DNA of 64,000 bases from Nitrososphaerota archaeon (GTDB lineage: Archaea; Thermoproteota; Nitrososphaeria_A; Caldarchaeales; Calditenuaceae), in the NCBI GenBank assembly GCA_033581555.1, contig JAVQSZ010000001.1, positions 64,001 through 128,000 on the forward strand, in the 5' to 3' direction. The stretch's first letter is position 1. Every line of letters begins with the position of its first letter. The notes under the pieces are model-generated. The model was not told the DNA's origin and made no database searches. It was given only the letters and a program-made list of their open reading frames with translations. The translations under genes and the position numbers were made by a program. This document shows positions 9,415 through 17,948 of the stretch, one piece after another.

Positions 9415-10319
9415 GCACCGTCGGGACCAGTGACCGTCTAACGGCCGCGGATGCGGAGTTCTTCTGCAAGGACGAGTACTTCGACCACGTCGTCTACAGG
9501 GAGCTCGCGAGGGCCGAGAGGGACGGGCAGAGGAGGGAGCTGCTAGAGCGGCTCTCGGAGATGGAGGAGAAGCACTACAGGTTCTGGAGCGGCTACGCGG
9601 GCTCAGCTAGGATGAGGGGCCTCAGGCTCAGGCTCTTCCTGATACTGCTCCTCAGGAGGCTGATGGGAGTGGTCTTCGTCATCAAGCTGCTCGAGCGCCA
9701 CGAGTCCGAGGTGGTCGCGAGATACAGGAGGCTCCTCGAGGGGCTCGACGGCGAGGTCCGTGAGAAGGTCGAGGAGTTCCTCAGGGACGAGGAGGTCCAC
9801 GAGAAGTCCCTCATGTCCCAGATCGACGAGCCAGTCCTCAGGTACATCGGGTTCGTCGCGCTCGGCCTCTCCGACTCGATCATCGAGATCACCGGCGTCC
9901 ACGCGGGCTTCCTGGGCGTGACGGCCTCCACGCTCGTCGCGGGCGTCGCGGGCCTGATCGTTGGCTTCGCGGCCTCGATCTCGATGGGCGTCGCGGCTTA
10001 CCTGAAGGCCAAGAGCGAGCTGAGGCACAGGCCGATCAGCTCAGGGCTCGTGACCGGTCTCGCGTACATGCTCAGCACCGTGCTGCTGGCCTTCCCGTAC
10101 TTCCTTACCCATGAGATGTTGGCGGCCTTCGCGGGCTCCGTGGCCTTCGCGGTCCTCCTAGCCACCGTGTTCTCGTACTACGTCGCGGTCGTCCAGGACC
10201 TGGGCTTCAGGAGGGAGGCGCTGGAGAACACGGCGCTCCTGTTGGGCACCGCGGTGGCCACCTACCTCTTCGGTGAGGCCCTAGGGACGGCCTTCGGGAT
10301 AAGGGCCGCGATCCACTGA
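9411..10319 (+). CDS. Ferritin-like (rubrerythrin) + VIT1/CCC1 membrane protein, putative iron exporter
   Basis: EEKH and EEVH di-iron motifs, then LGLSDSIIE...AGLIVGFAASISMG VIT1 signature. Confidence 0.88.
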   Translation: MSTVGTSDRLTAADAEFFCKDEYFDHVVYRELARAERDGQRRELLERLSEMEEKHYRFWSGYAGSARMRGLRLRLFLILLLRRLMGVVFVIKLLERHESEVVARYRRLLEGLDGEVREKVEEFLRDEEVHEKSLMSQIDEPVLRYIGFVALGLSDSIIEITGVHAGFLGVTASTLVAGVAGLIVGFAASISMGVAAYLKAKSELRHRPISSGLVTGLAYMLSTVLLAFPYFLTHEMLAAFAGSVAFAVLLATVFSYYVAVVQDLGFRREALENTALLLGTAVATYLFGEALGTAFGIRAAIH

Positions 10320-10323
10320 AGCT

Positions 10324-11802
10324 TCAGGCGATCCCCAGCTTCTCGTTCGCCTCGCGGAGCTCCCTCAGCAGCCTCGCCCTCCACCTCTCGAAGCCCTCGG
10401 GCCTCTCCGGGTACTCGAGGTAGAGCGAGATCAGCCTCCTGCTCTTGTCAGCGACGTAGCTCAGACCCCTCGCGAGCTTAGGTCTCTCCCTAACCCTCTT
10501 CCTCAGCTCACCGTCCATGAGGACCCTCAGGAAGTTCGTCAGGAGCGGGAACCTCGGGTGCTCCCTCCTCTTGATGCTCTCGATGTCGTCCTGTGAGAGG
10601 AAGTGCTTCATCCCGAAGGAGATGTCGTCGTTCGGCAGGGTCTGGAGGTACCTCCTGAGGACCTCGAAGCTCGCCATCTGATAGCCGTACTCGTGGACGT
10701 AGTTGACGTTATAGCTCCAGAGCCCGGCCTCGCTGACGTCGTTCGCCTCAATCGCCTCGGCCAGCGTCCTCCCGAGTATCACGGAGGCGTAGAGGGCCGG
10801 CCCGATCCCTCCGGCGTCGATCGGCCTCGGCATCCAGGCCGCGTCTCCGACCACGACGAAGCCGTTCCCGACCAGGCAGTCGTTCTGCCTCCTAACGGGG
10901 ACCTGCCAGACGCTGTAGACGTTCCCCCTGTCCGCCTCGCCCTCGGGGGGCCTGGGGTTCGAGATGACCCTGTTAGCCCTGACGTACTGGTCGATCAGCG
11001 AGGCCAGGTTGTCCCTCAGGCCGTGGGCCGCGTTCCTCCGGTCCAGGGCTGCCTTCTGGACTCCCAACCCGATGTTGACTTTGTTCTCGCCCTTCGGGAA
11101 GGTCCAGCAATACCCTCCGGGAGCGAGGAACTGGTCGAGGTGGATGATGCAGTACCTTGGGTCGAACCACGTGCGGTCCTCGACGGCCCTCTCGAACTCG
11201 AGGATGTATCTCCCAGTCCCCTCCATGTCGTGCTCCTTGTCTATCTCCCTCTCCATCTTCGCCGCGATGGGGAGGTTGGTCCTCAGGACCGAGGCCGAGC
11301 CCGACGCGTCGACCACGACTTTCGCCATGACCTCGATCGGACTTCCGTCCCGCGAGGTGCACCTGACCCCCTTGACGAAGCCGTCCTCCGCGATCAGCGA
11401 CCTCGCGTCCACCCCGAACATCACCTCCACCCCGAACCTCTCCAAGTGCTTGAGAGTCCTCTGAGGCCAAAGCTTCCTGTTGAGGAGGTAGCCTTCGCCG
11501 TCGAAGAGGACTTTCGTCTCGTGGTCGGGGGAGATGACCAGCACGCCGTCCACGTGGTGCTCCACCTCCGGCCACTCGTACCTGATGCCGAGTGAGTTCA
11601 TCACGTGATCGAGGCTCCTCTTGCTCACCGCGTCGCCGCAGGCCCAACCGCTCTTCGTCTTCTTTCCGAACTCCTCCCGCGTGTTCCTGTCGATCAGGAG
11701 GACCCTCGCGTTCCCCTTAGAGAACTTCGCGACCGCCATCGCGGTGTGGGCTCCAGCTGGCCCGCCGCCGACTACCGCGACGTCGCATTCCAGTCTCATC
11801 AC
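10324..11802 (-). CDS. Geranylgeranyl reductase family FAD oxidoreductase
   Basis: VVGGGPAG, ACGDA, GYCWTFPKG, VGDAA...PIDAGGI. Confidence 0.88.
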   Translation of the reverse strand: MMRLECDVAVVGGGPAGAHTAMAVAKFSKGNARVLLIDRNTREEFGKKTKSGWACGDAVSKRSLDHVMNSLGIRYEWPEVEHHVDGVLVISPDHETKVLFDGEGYLLNRKLWPQRTLKHLERFGVEVMFGVDARSLIAEDGFVKGVRCTSRDGSPIEVMAKVVVDASGSASVLRTNLPIAAKMEREIDKEHDMEGTGRYILEFERAVEDRTWFDPRYCIIHLDQFLAPGGYCWTFPKGENKVNIGLGVQKAALDRRNAAHGLRDNLASLIDQYVRANRVISNPRPPEGEADRGNVYSVWQVPVRRQNDCLVGNGFVVVGDAAWMPRPIDAGGIGPALYASVILGRTLAEAIEANDVSEAGLWSYNVNYVHEYGYQMASFEVLRRYLQTLPNDDISFGMKHFLSQDDIESIKRREHPRFPLLTNFLRVLMDGELRKRVRERPKLARGLSYVADKSRRLISLYLEYPERPEGFERWRARLLRELREANEKLGIA

Positions 11803-11912
11803 GGAGTCGGCCCGTGAGATGTTATAAAACGTGATCGCGGCGACCGGGAGGGGACGCGGCCAGCGGTCTTCGGATACGACCTTATAGTCCGAGCGGTCCG
11901 TTTGAGCTCGAG

Positions 11913-13184
11913 TTGGACAGGTACGACGTCGTCGTCGTGGGAGCGGGCGCCTTCGGGCTCGGGTCGGCCTACCACCTGGCGAGGAGGGGCGCGGGGAGGA
12001 TCGCGCTCGTGGACTCGCTCCCTGGACCGGGACAGGGCAACACGGGCAGGAGCGTCGGGGGCTTCAGGAAGGGCCTCTTCACCTCCGAGCTGAACAGGAT
12101 GCTCTCCGAGTCGACGGTCGCGTTCCTCGCCGACCTCCAGAGGTCAGGAGTCGACCTCGGCATGCACAGCGTCGGGTACCTCGTCCTCCTGAACGGACCG
12201 CAGCTCGAGGCGAACGAGCGGGCCATCAGGGAGCTGGTGAGGAGGGGGAACGCGAGGCTCATCGACGCAGGCGAGCTCAAGGGGCTCGTGCCTTGGATGA
12301 GGCTCGAATTCGACGGAGACGAGGAGGCGGCGATCCTAGGTCTCAGGAACGTCGAGGCAGCGCTCTTCTCCGGCCAGTCGGGTTACCTGGACGTCGAGAA
12401 GCTGGTCGGCTACCTCCACAGGGAGGTCCTCGACGCGGGGGTCGAGCCGAGGTTCAACGAGCGGGTGAGGAGGCTGAGGCTCGGGCCGGTCGTCTCGATA
12501 GGCCACCCGAGGGAGCCCCTTGCCTGGCAGGAGAAGAGGGTCGAGGCCCTCGAGACCGACAGGGGAGAGCTAAGGGCGGACGTAGTCGTTCTAGCGACGG
12601 GTGCTTGGATCAACGAGCTCCTCGACCCGATAGGGATAGACTCGCACGTCAAGCCGAAGAAGCGCCAGGTCTTCTCGATCGAGGCGAAGGGAGGACTGAG
12701 GAGGTTCTTCGAGGTAGAGGGCTTCAACGGGTACTCCTCGCTCCCGATGACCTTCTTCCCGAGGGGGCCGTACGTAGTCCCGAGGGTGAGGGAGAGAGTG
12801 CTCTGGACCGGGATGAGCGACGACGTCGGCAGGCCATGGGGGATAGACTTCTCGCCCGAGGAGAGTTTCTACCTCGACAACATCTACCCGACGCTGAGCA
12901 AGGTGTTCCCGGTCCTCAGGGACGTGAGGCCGACCAGCATGTGGGCTGGGTGTTACTCGATTAACACGATCGACGAGAACCCGATCGCCTTCAGGTCGAT
13001 GAACCTGGTCGTGGTGACCGGAGGGAGCGGGAGTGGTGTGATGAAGTTCGACGCAATGAGCAGGGTCGCCGCGTCCCTCGCTCTGGGGGAGGAGGAGGCG
13101 GTCCTCTACACTGGTGAAAGGCTCCCGGTCTCCTGGTTGGGGATAAGGGATAGGAGGGCGGAGCCAGAGTCGTTCGTCTTCTAG
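11913..13184 (+). CDS. FAD-dependent amino acid/amine oxidoreductase (DAO/sarcosine oxidase beta family)
   Basis: DVVVVGAGAFG, GNTGRSVG, WAGCY, GSGSGVMK. Confidence 0.88.
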   Translation: MDRYDVVVVGAGAFGLGSAYHLARRGAGRIALVDSLPGPGQGNTGRSVGGFRKGLFTSELNRMLSESTVAFLADLQRSGVDLGMHSVGYLVLLNGPQLEANERAIRELVRRGNARLIDAGELKGLVPWMRLEFDGDEEAAILGLRNVEAALFSGQSGYLDVEKLVGYLHREVLDAGVEPRFNERVRRLRLGPVVSIGHPREPLAWQEKRVEALETDRGELRADVVVLATGAWINELLDPIGIDSHVKPKKRQVFSIEAKGGLRRFFEVEGFNGYSSLPMTFFPRGPYVVPRVRERVLWTGMSDDVGRPWGIDFSPEESFYLDNIYPTLSKVFPVLRDVRPTSMWAGCYSINTIDENPIAFRSMNLVVVTGGSGSGVMKFDAMSRVAASLALGEEEAVLYTGERLPVSWLGIRDRRAEPESFVF

Positions 13185-13217
13185 CGCAGCTAAGTCAATA
13201 GAACAGACACCGCGATT

Positions 13218-14621
13218 TCAGACGCCCTTCAAGTAAGGGAGGCCATTGACCCAGGGGAGCTCCCGCTCAAGTCGCCTCAGGGACTCCCTGATCTGCTCCT
13301 CCGGGTAGTCGTAGGGCTGGAGCCTCCCATCGAGGTGCTCGCCGTAGGCCTGTAGGTCGAAGTAGCCGTGTCCGGAGAGGTTGAAGAGGATGACCTCCTC
13401 TTCTCCGGTCCCCTTGCACCTGAGTGCCTCGTCGATAGCGAACTTGATCGCGTGGGCCGACTCCGGTGCGGGCAGGATGCCCTCTGTCCTGGCGAAGAGC
13501 GTCGCAGCCTCGAAGACCTCGGTCTGGTTGTAGGCGCGGGCCTCGATCAGGCCCTTCCTCAACAGGAGGCAGAGGGTGGGCGCGTCCCCGTGGTACCTGA
13601 GGCCTCCTGCGTGGATAGGAGGAGGCACGAAGTCGGACCCGAGCGTGTACATCGGGAGGAGCGGTGTGAGCTTCGCGGTATCGCCGTAGTCGTAGGTGTA
13701 GACGCCCTTAGTGAGCGTCGGACACGCGGTGGGCTCGGTCGCGACGAACCTCGTCCGCTTCGGAGCCCTCTTCGCCACGTGGACGTCGTAGTAGAAGGGC
13801 CAGAAGATCCCAGAGAACGAGCTCCCGCCTCCGACGCAACCGGCGACCACGTCGGGATACTCGTCGAGCTTCGCGAGCTGCTCCCTCGCCTCGAGTCCGA
13901 TGACCGTCTGGTGAATCAGCACGTGGTTCAGGACGGACCCGAGGGAGTACTTCGTGTCATCGTGCTTCACGGCGTCCTCGAGCGCCTCGCTGATCGCGAT
14001 CCCCAGGCTCCCCGGATGCTCGGGATCGGACTTCAGGAGACTGCGGCCGTACTCGGTCCTGTCGCTCGGGCTCGGGTGGATCTCCGCCCCCCAGACCCTC
14101 ATCAGGAGCGACCTATAGGGCTTCTGCCTGTAGGAGGCCCTGACCATGTAGACCGTGCACCTCAGCCCGAAGAGCATCGTCGCGAAAGCTAACGCTGAGC
14201 CCCACTGGCCAGCGCCGGTCTCGGTCGTGAGCCGCTGGACGCCCTCCTTCGCGTTGTAATAGGCCTGCGCGACAGCGGTGTTGGGCTTGTGGGACCCCGG
14301 AGGGCTGACGCCCTCGTACTTGAAGTAGATCCTCGCGGGCGTCCTCAGGTACCCCTCGAGCCTCTCGGCCCTGTAGAGCGGCGTCGGCCTCCAGATCCTG
14401 TAGATCTCCCTCACTTCCTGGGGGATCGGGATCCACCTCTCCCGGCTGACCTCCTGCTCCACCAGCTCCCTCGGGAAGATCCGCTCGAGGGCCTTCGGGT
14501 CGACCGGCTCCCTCGTGCCCGGGTCGATCGGCGGCGGCAGCGGAGTCGGGAGGTCCGGGACCAAGTTGTACCACGACTTCGGGAGCGCGTCCTCGTCCAG
14601 CAGGACCTTCCTCTCGGCCAT
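13218..14621 (-). CDS. trpB2: Tryptophan synthase beta chain type 2
   Basis: [11 protein letters not shown]-Lys, [38 protein letters not shown]. Confidence 0.96.
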   Translation of the reverse strand: MAERKVLLDEDALPKSWYNLVPDLPTPLPPPIDPGTREPVDPKALERIFPRELVEQEVSRERWIPIPQEVREIYRIWRPTPLYRAERLEGYLRTPARIYFKYEGVSPPGSHKPNTAVAQAYYNAKEGVQRLTTETGAGQWGSALAFATMLFGLRCTVYMVRASYRQKPYRSLLMRVWGAEIHPSPSDRTEYGRSLLKSDPEHPGSLGIAISEALEDAVKHDDTKYSLGSVLNHVLIHQTVIGLEAREQLAKLDEYPDVVAGCVGGGSSFSGIFWPFYYDVHVAKRAPKRTRFVATEPTACPTLTKGVYTYDYGDTAKLTPLLPMYTLGSDFVPPPIHAGGLRYHGDAPTLCLLLRKGLIEARAYNQTEVFEAATLFARTEGILPAPESAHAIKFAIDEALRCKGTGEEEVILFNLSGHGYFDLQAYGEHLDGRLQPYDYPEEQIRESLRRLERELPWVNGLPYLKGV

Positions 14622-14704
14622 GCGCGCCCATCAGCTTGAGGCAGTCTATTCAAATCTTCTTCGGGGACAATCTTAAATGCTCAGCCGGAAAACTGGAGCT
14701 CGGG

Positions 14705-14776
14705 GCCCGGGTGGCCGAGCGGCGAGGCGGCGGCCTGCAGAGCCGCTTCACGCGGGTTCGAGTCCCGCCCCGGGCT
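14705..14776 (+). tRNA. tRNA-Cys(GCA)
   Basis: GCCCGGG/CCCGGGC acceptor stem, GCGGC-CTGCAGA-GCCGC anticodon arm, U discriminator, GGTTCGAGTCC. Confidence 0.97.
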
Positions 14777-14793
14777 TAAACATATCACATTAA

Positions 14794-15012
14794 CTAATAA
14801 TTTGATGAGAGGAGAAATGGAGAACCAAAGAGGGAGGGGGAACTCAAGCGCCAATGACCAGTTCCCGAGTTGAACAACGGCTCTCCGCAGTAAACAGAGC
14901 ATCTGAACCCATGGTATACTACGTCGCTGCTTGTGATGATGAACGTAACCTTTTCACCTTTCCTGACTACAAACTCGTTCGGCTCGAGGATCCATGATAG
15001 AGGAACATGCAA
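14794..15012 (-). pseudogene. Remnant of a CuA-type cupredoxin domain (CoxII/NosZ C-terminal-like) with an internal deletion
   Basis: EPNEFVVRKGEKVTFIITSSDVVYHGF joined directly to RCSVYCGEP...GTGHW; lower GC than flanks. Confidence 0.65.
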
Positions 15013-15126
15013 CTATACATACATCGATGTTCCACCTGATTCATGAGGAGAGGTGAATGTTCGTGCAATAGCAGTCGGGCGCTTCGAGCACATCCCAAAA
15101 ATTCCTTATTGTCGATGGGCGCGGAA

Positions 15127-15669
15127 TCAGAGGGCCATCAGCATGACCTCTGTCGCCTTCACCACGACCGCGACCCTGCTCCCCTTCCTAAGGCCCAGCC
15201 TCTCGACCGACTGGGTCGTGACGACCGCCCTCACGGACTGCGCGGGCTCGAGCTCCACCTCGACCATCGAGACGACGTCGCTCCTCGTCACGGAGGTGAC
15301 CCTGCCGGTGAGCCTGTTCCTAGCGCTGAACACCTCCTCGATCAGCGACGCGACGAACCCGGGCCTGACGACCGACATCGCGCCGTAGTACGCGACCAAG
15401 AGCTCGCTCCCCCTCTCGGTCAGCTGGGCCCCACCTCCGCCCCTTCCGCCCCGCGACCTGACGACGAGCCTGAGGCCGGTCGTCGCCTCCGCGGACCTTA
15501 TCCAGCCCAGCCCGGTCTTCAGCGTGACCCCCAGTGCCTCACAGGCCCTCGAGACCGACCCGAACCTCCTGATCCCGTCCAGCAACTCGAAGAGGTCCCT
15601 TCTGAGCCTCACGGCCCCGCTCGGGAGCTCAACCTCGACCCATCTGCCCTCGATCTTAGCGACCGTCAT
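15127..15669 (-). CDS. ModE-like wHTH + TOBE transcriptional regulator
   Basis: LLDGIRRFGSVSRAC HTH, RGGRGGGGAQLT, SARNRLTG TOBE domain; divergent from the Mo/W ABC genes. Confidence 0.9.
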   Translation of the reverse strand: MTVAKIEGRWVEVELPSGAVRLRRDLFELLDGIRRFGSVSRACEALGVTLKTGLGWIRSAEATTGLRLVVRSRGGRGGGGAQLTERGSELLVAYYGAMSVVRPGFVASLIEEVFSARNRLTGRVTSVTRSDVVSMVEVELEPAQSVRAVVTTQSVERLGLRKGSRVAVVVKATEVMLMAL

Positions 15670-15678
15670 GTACCGTTG

Positions 15679-15725
15679 GGTAATTCCCTACTCCACCCTT
15701 AAATTTCTACCCCCGGTAATACCGG
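15679..15725. promoter_or_regulatory. Candidate ModE-like operator: two GGTAATWCC palindromes flanking a TATA-like CTTAAAT
   Basis: ggtaattcc at 15679-15687 and ccggtaataccgg at 15713-15725 in the 71-bp divergent intergenic region. Confidence 0.45.
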
Positions 15726-15740
15726 CTGGCGTTGTTACGG

Positions 15741-16601
15741 ATGAGGCTGTTCGTCGCGGCGGTTGCGGTCGGGCTCGCGGTCGCGGCAGCTCTGGCAGCT
15801 CTCGCGTCCATCTCATCGGATCGGAGGCGGGTGGTCGTCTTCGCGGCGCCGACGCTCTACGAGCTCGCGGCGGAGGCGGCGAGGCTCACGGGCGGGAAGG
15901 TGGACGTCGTCTCGATGGGGAGCGTGGCCGCGGTCAGGCAGGTCCAGCTCGGAAGGATCCCGGACGCGCTGGTGAGCGTCGACGCGGAGCTGGTCCAGTT
16001 CCTCCCGCGCCTCAGGAGGGTCGAGCCGCTGGGAGGTTTCAGGCTGCTCCTCCTCTGCAGGGATCGGGTCGACCTGATGGACCTCAGGCGCGTCAGGTTC
16101 GGCCTGGCAGACCCCAACACGGCCCCGATCGGGTACAGGGCGGTCGCGGCGCTCTACTGGCTCGCGGTGACCAGGAACTCGGTCGACGTCGTGGAACTCG
16201 AGAGGGCCCTCTCGGTCAGGTTCGAGCGCTCGTCGGACGGCGGTGAGGTCGTGATGAGGCTGGAGTCCTTCAGGCCCAGCGGCAACTTCCTAGTGAGGGA
16301 CGACCTCGCCGGAGCCTTCCTGCTCCTCGAGAACGGCGCGGTCGACTGCGTCTTCGCCCACTCACCCTTCGTCGTCTCGAGGAGGCTCGAGGGGAGGTAC
16401 GCGGTGGTCGAGATGCCGGAGGAGCTGACGTTCTTGGGGGATCCACCGGTGAGGTTCGTCGCGGTCACCGAGCTCGGCGCGGTCGATGTGAGGAGGTTCG
16501 AGGCGGTCGCGGTCTCCTTCACCGAGGCCGGCGACTCCTACCTGAGGGCCTTGACGTCCGTCGATGCAGAGAGGTTCGGGCTGGTGACCCGGGATGGATA
16601 G
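15741..16601 (+). CDS. Molybdate/tungstate ABC substrate-binding protein (ModA/WtpA-like)
   Basis: N-terminal hydrophobic anchor, MGSVAAVRQV, ADPNTAPIGYRA. Confidence 0.85.
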   Translation: MRLFVAAVAVGLAVAAALAALASISSDRRRVVVFAAPTLYELAAEAARLTGGKVDVVSMGSVAAVRQVQLGRIPDALVSVDAELVQFLPRLRRVEPLGGFRLLLLCRDRVDLMDLRRVRFGLADPNTAPIGYRAVAALYWLAVTRNSVDVVELERALSVRFERSSDGGEVVMRLESFRPSGNFLVRDDLAGAFLLLENGAVDCVFAHSPFVVSRRLEGRYAVVEMPEELTFLGDPPVRFVAVTELGAVDVRRFEAVAVSFTEAGDSYLRALTSVDAERFGLVTRDG

Positions 16602-17292
16602 AGTCCAGGCCCTCTGCCTCGGAGTCTCGCTGGCCTACTTTTCTCTACTCACGGTTCCCGCGCTGCTGACGTACAGGCCCGAGTTCGAGCCCACCTTCCT
16701 CGAGGCACTGGTCAACACGGCACTCCTCGCGACCGTCTCGACCTCGGTCTCCGTCCCCCTTGGCGTGGTCCTCGCCTACGGGACGCTCCCAGCTCCCTGG
16801 AGGCTCATCGCTCCGGTCGTGACCTTCACGGTCTCGGTCCCCCACACCGCGATCGGGGTGCTCCTTGCGCCCGCGGTCTTCGGAGCCGGGCTAGCGGACA
16901 CCGCGACGGCGGTGGCGCTGGCGATGATAGTGGTCTCTACGCCGATGAGCTTCTCGGTCCTGAGGGGAGCCTTCGCGTCGCTGGGGAGCTGCTACGTCGA
17001 GTTCCTCAGGGCGATGGGGATGAGAGGGTTAGGGGTGGCCGCGATGATGCTCAGGTCCACCAGGACCGCGCTCGTCTCCGCATCCGTCCTCACGTGGTTC
17101 AGGTCCTTCTCCGAGCTCGGTGCGCTGCTGATCCTCGCCCACAGGCCGTTGACGGTCGGCGTCTACGTCTACGAGGAGTTCCTGAGGAGGGGAGCGGGGC
17201 CGGTGATCGGGGCGTCGCTTGTCCTCGCGCTCGTGGCCCTCGCGGTCGCCATCGTCCTCGAGAGGTGGTCCGGAGACGCTGGAGGTCGTTGA
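16594..17292 (+). CDS. Molybdate/tungstate ABC permease (ModB/WtpB-like)
   Basis: VPHTAIG, LTWFRSFSELGA, multiple TMs. Confidence 0.87.
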   Translation: MDRVQALCLGVSLAYFSLLTVPALLTYRPEFEPTFLEALVNTALLATVSTSVSVPLGVVLAYGTLPAPWRLIAPVVTFTVSVPHTAIGVLLAPAVFGAGLADTATAVALAMIVVSTPMSFSVLRGAFASLGSCYVEFLRAMGMRGLGVAAMMLRSTRTALVSASVLTWFRSFSELGALLILAHRPLTVGVYVYEEFLRRGAGPVIGASLVLALVALAVAIVLERWSGDAGGR

Positions 17293-17935
17293 CTACCTGG
17301 TGAAGGCCTACGGCCGCTCAGTATCGGTCGGGGAGCTGAGTGTGAAGGGGACGACCGCGCTGTTGGGGAGGAACGGGGCCGGGAAGACGATCCTCGCGAG
17401 GTCCCTGATGGGCTTCATCAGGCCCGCGAGGGGCAGGGTCTACGTCGGCGGCGAGGACGTCACGGACCTCCCTCCCGAGGAGAGGCCGATCAGCTACCTC
17501 CCCCAGACGCAGGTCGCTCTCCCCCTGAGGCCCGTGTCCCAGCTCGAGCTCTTCGCTAGGCGCCACGGCTCTGACTGGAGGTGGGTCGTCGGGAGGCTGG
17601 GTCTCGAGGGGCTTCTCCGGAAGGAGGGGCTCTCCGGAGGCGAGAGGCAGCTCCTGAACCTCGCGACGGTCCTCTTGAAGAGGCCGAAGGCCCTGATCCT
17701 TGACGAGCCGACATCACACCTCGACTTCGCGAACAAGGCCATGGTCCTCGAGGCCCTGATGTCGATCGACGTTCCCATGCTCTTCATCACCCACGACCCG
17801 ATAGAGGCCGCTTACCTCGCCGACGAGATCGTCGTCCTGAGGGACGGCAAGTTGACCGGTCCCGTGAAGAACGGCATGAGGGGGTGGGCGGAGGAGGTGC
17901 TGAGGGAGGCCGGAGAGGTCCTAGGGGTCCACTAG
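17276..17935 (+). CDS. Molybdate/tungstate ABC ATPase (ModC/WtpC-like); start uncertain (ACG 17276 / CTG 17279 / TTG 17219)
   Basis: GRNGAGKT, LSGGERQ, LILDEPT, ITHD. Confidence 0.88.
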   Translation, partial: TLEVVDYLVKAYGRSVSVGELSVKGTTALLGRNGAGKTILARSLMGFIRPARGRVYVGGEDVTDLPPEERPISYLPQTQVALPLRPVSQLELFARRHGSDWRWVVGRLGLEGLLRKEGLSGGERQLLNLATVLLKRPKALILDEPTSHLDFANKAMVLEALMSIDVPMLFITHDPIEAAYLADEIVVLRDGKLTGPVKNGMRGWAEEVLREAGEVLGVH

Positions 17936-17948
17936 AGTCCCTGGGCGC

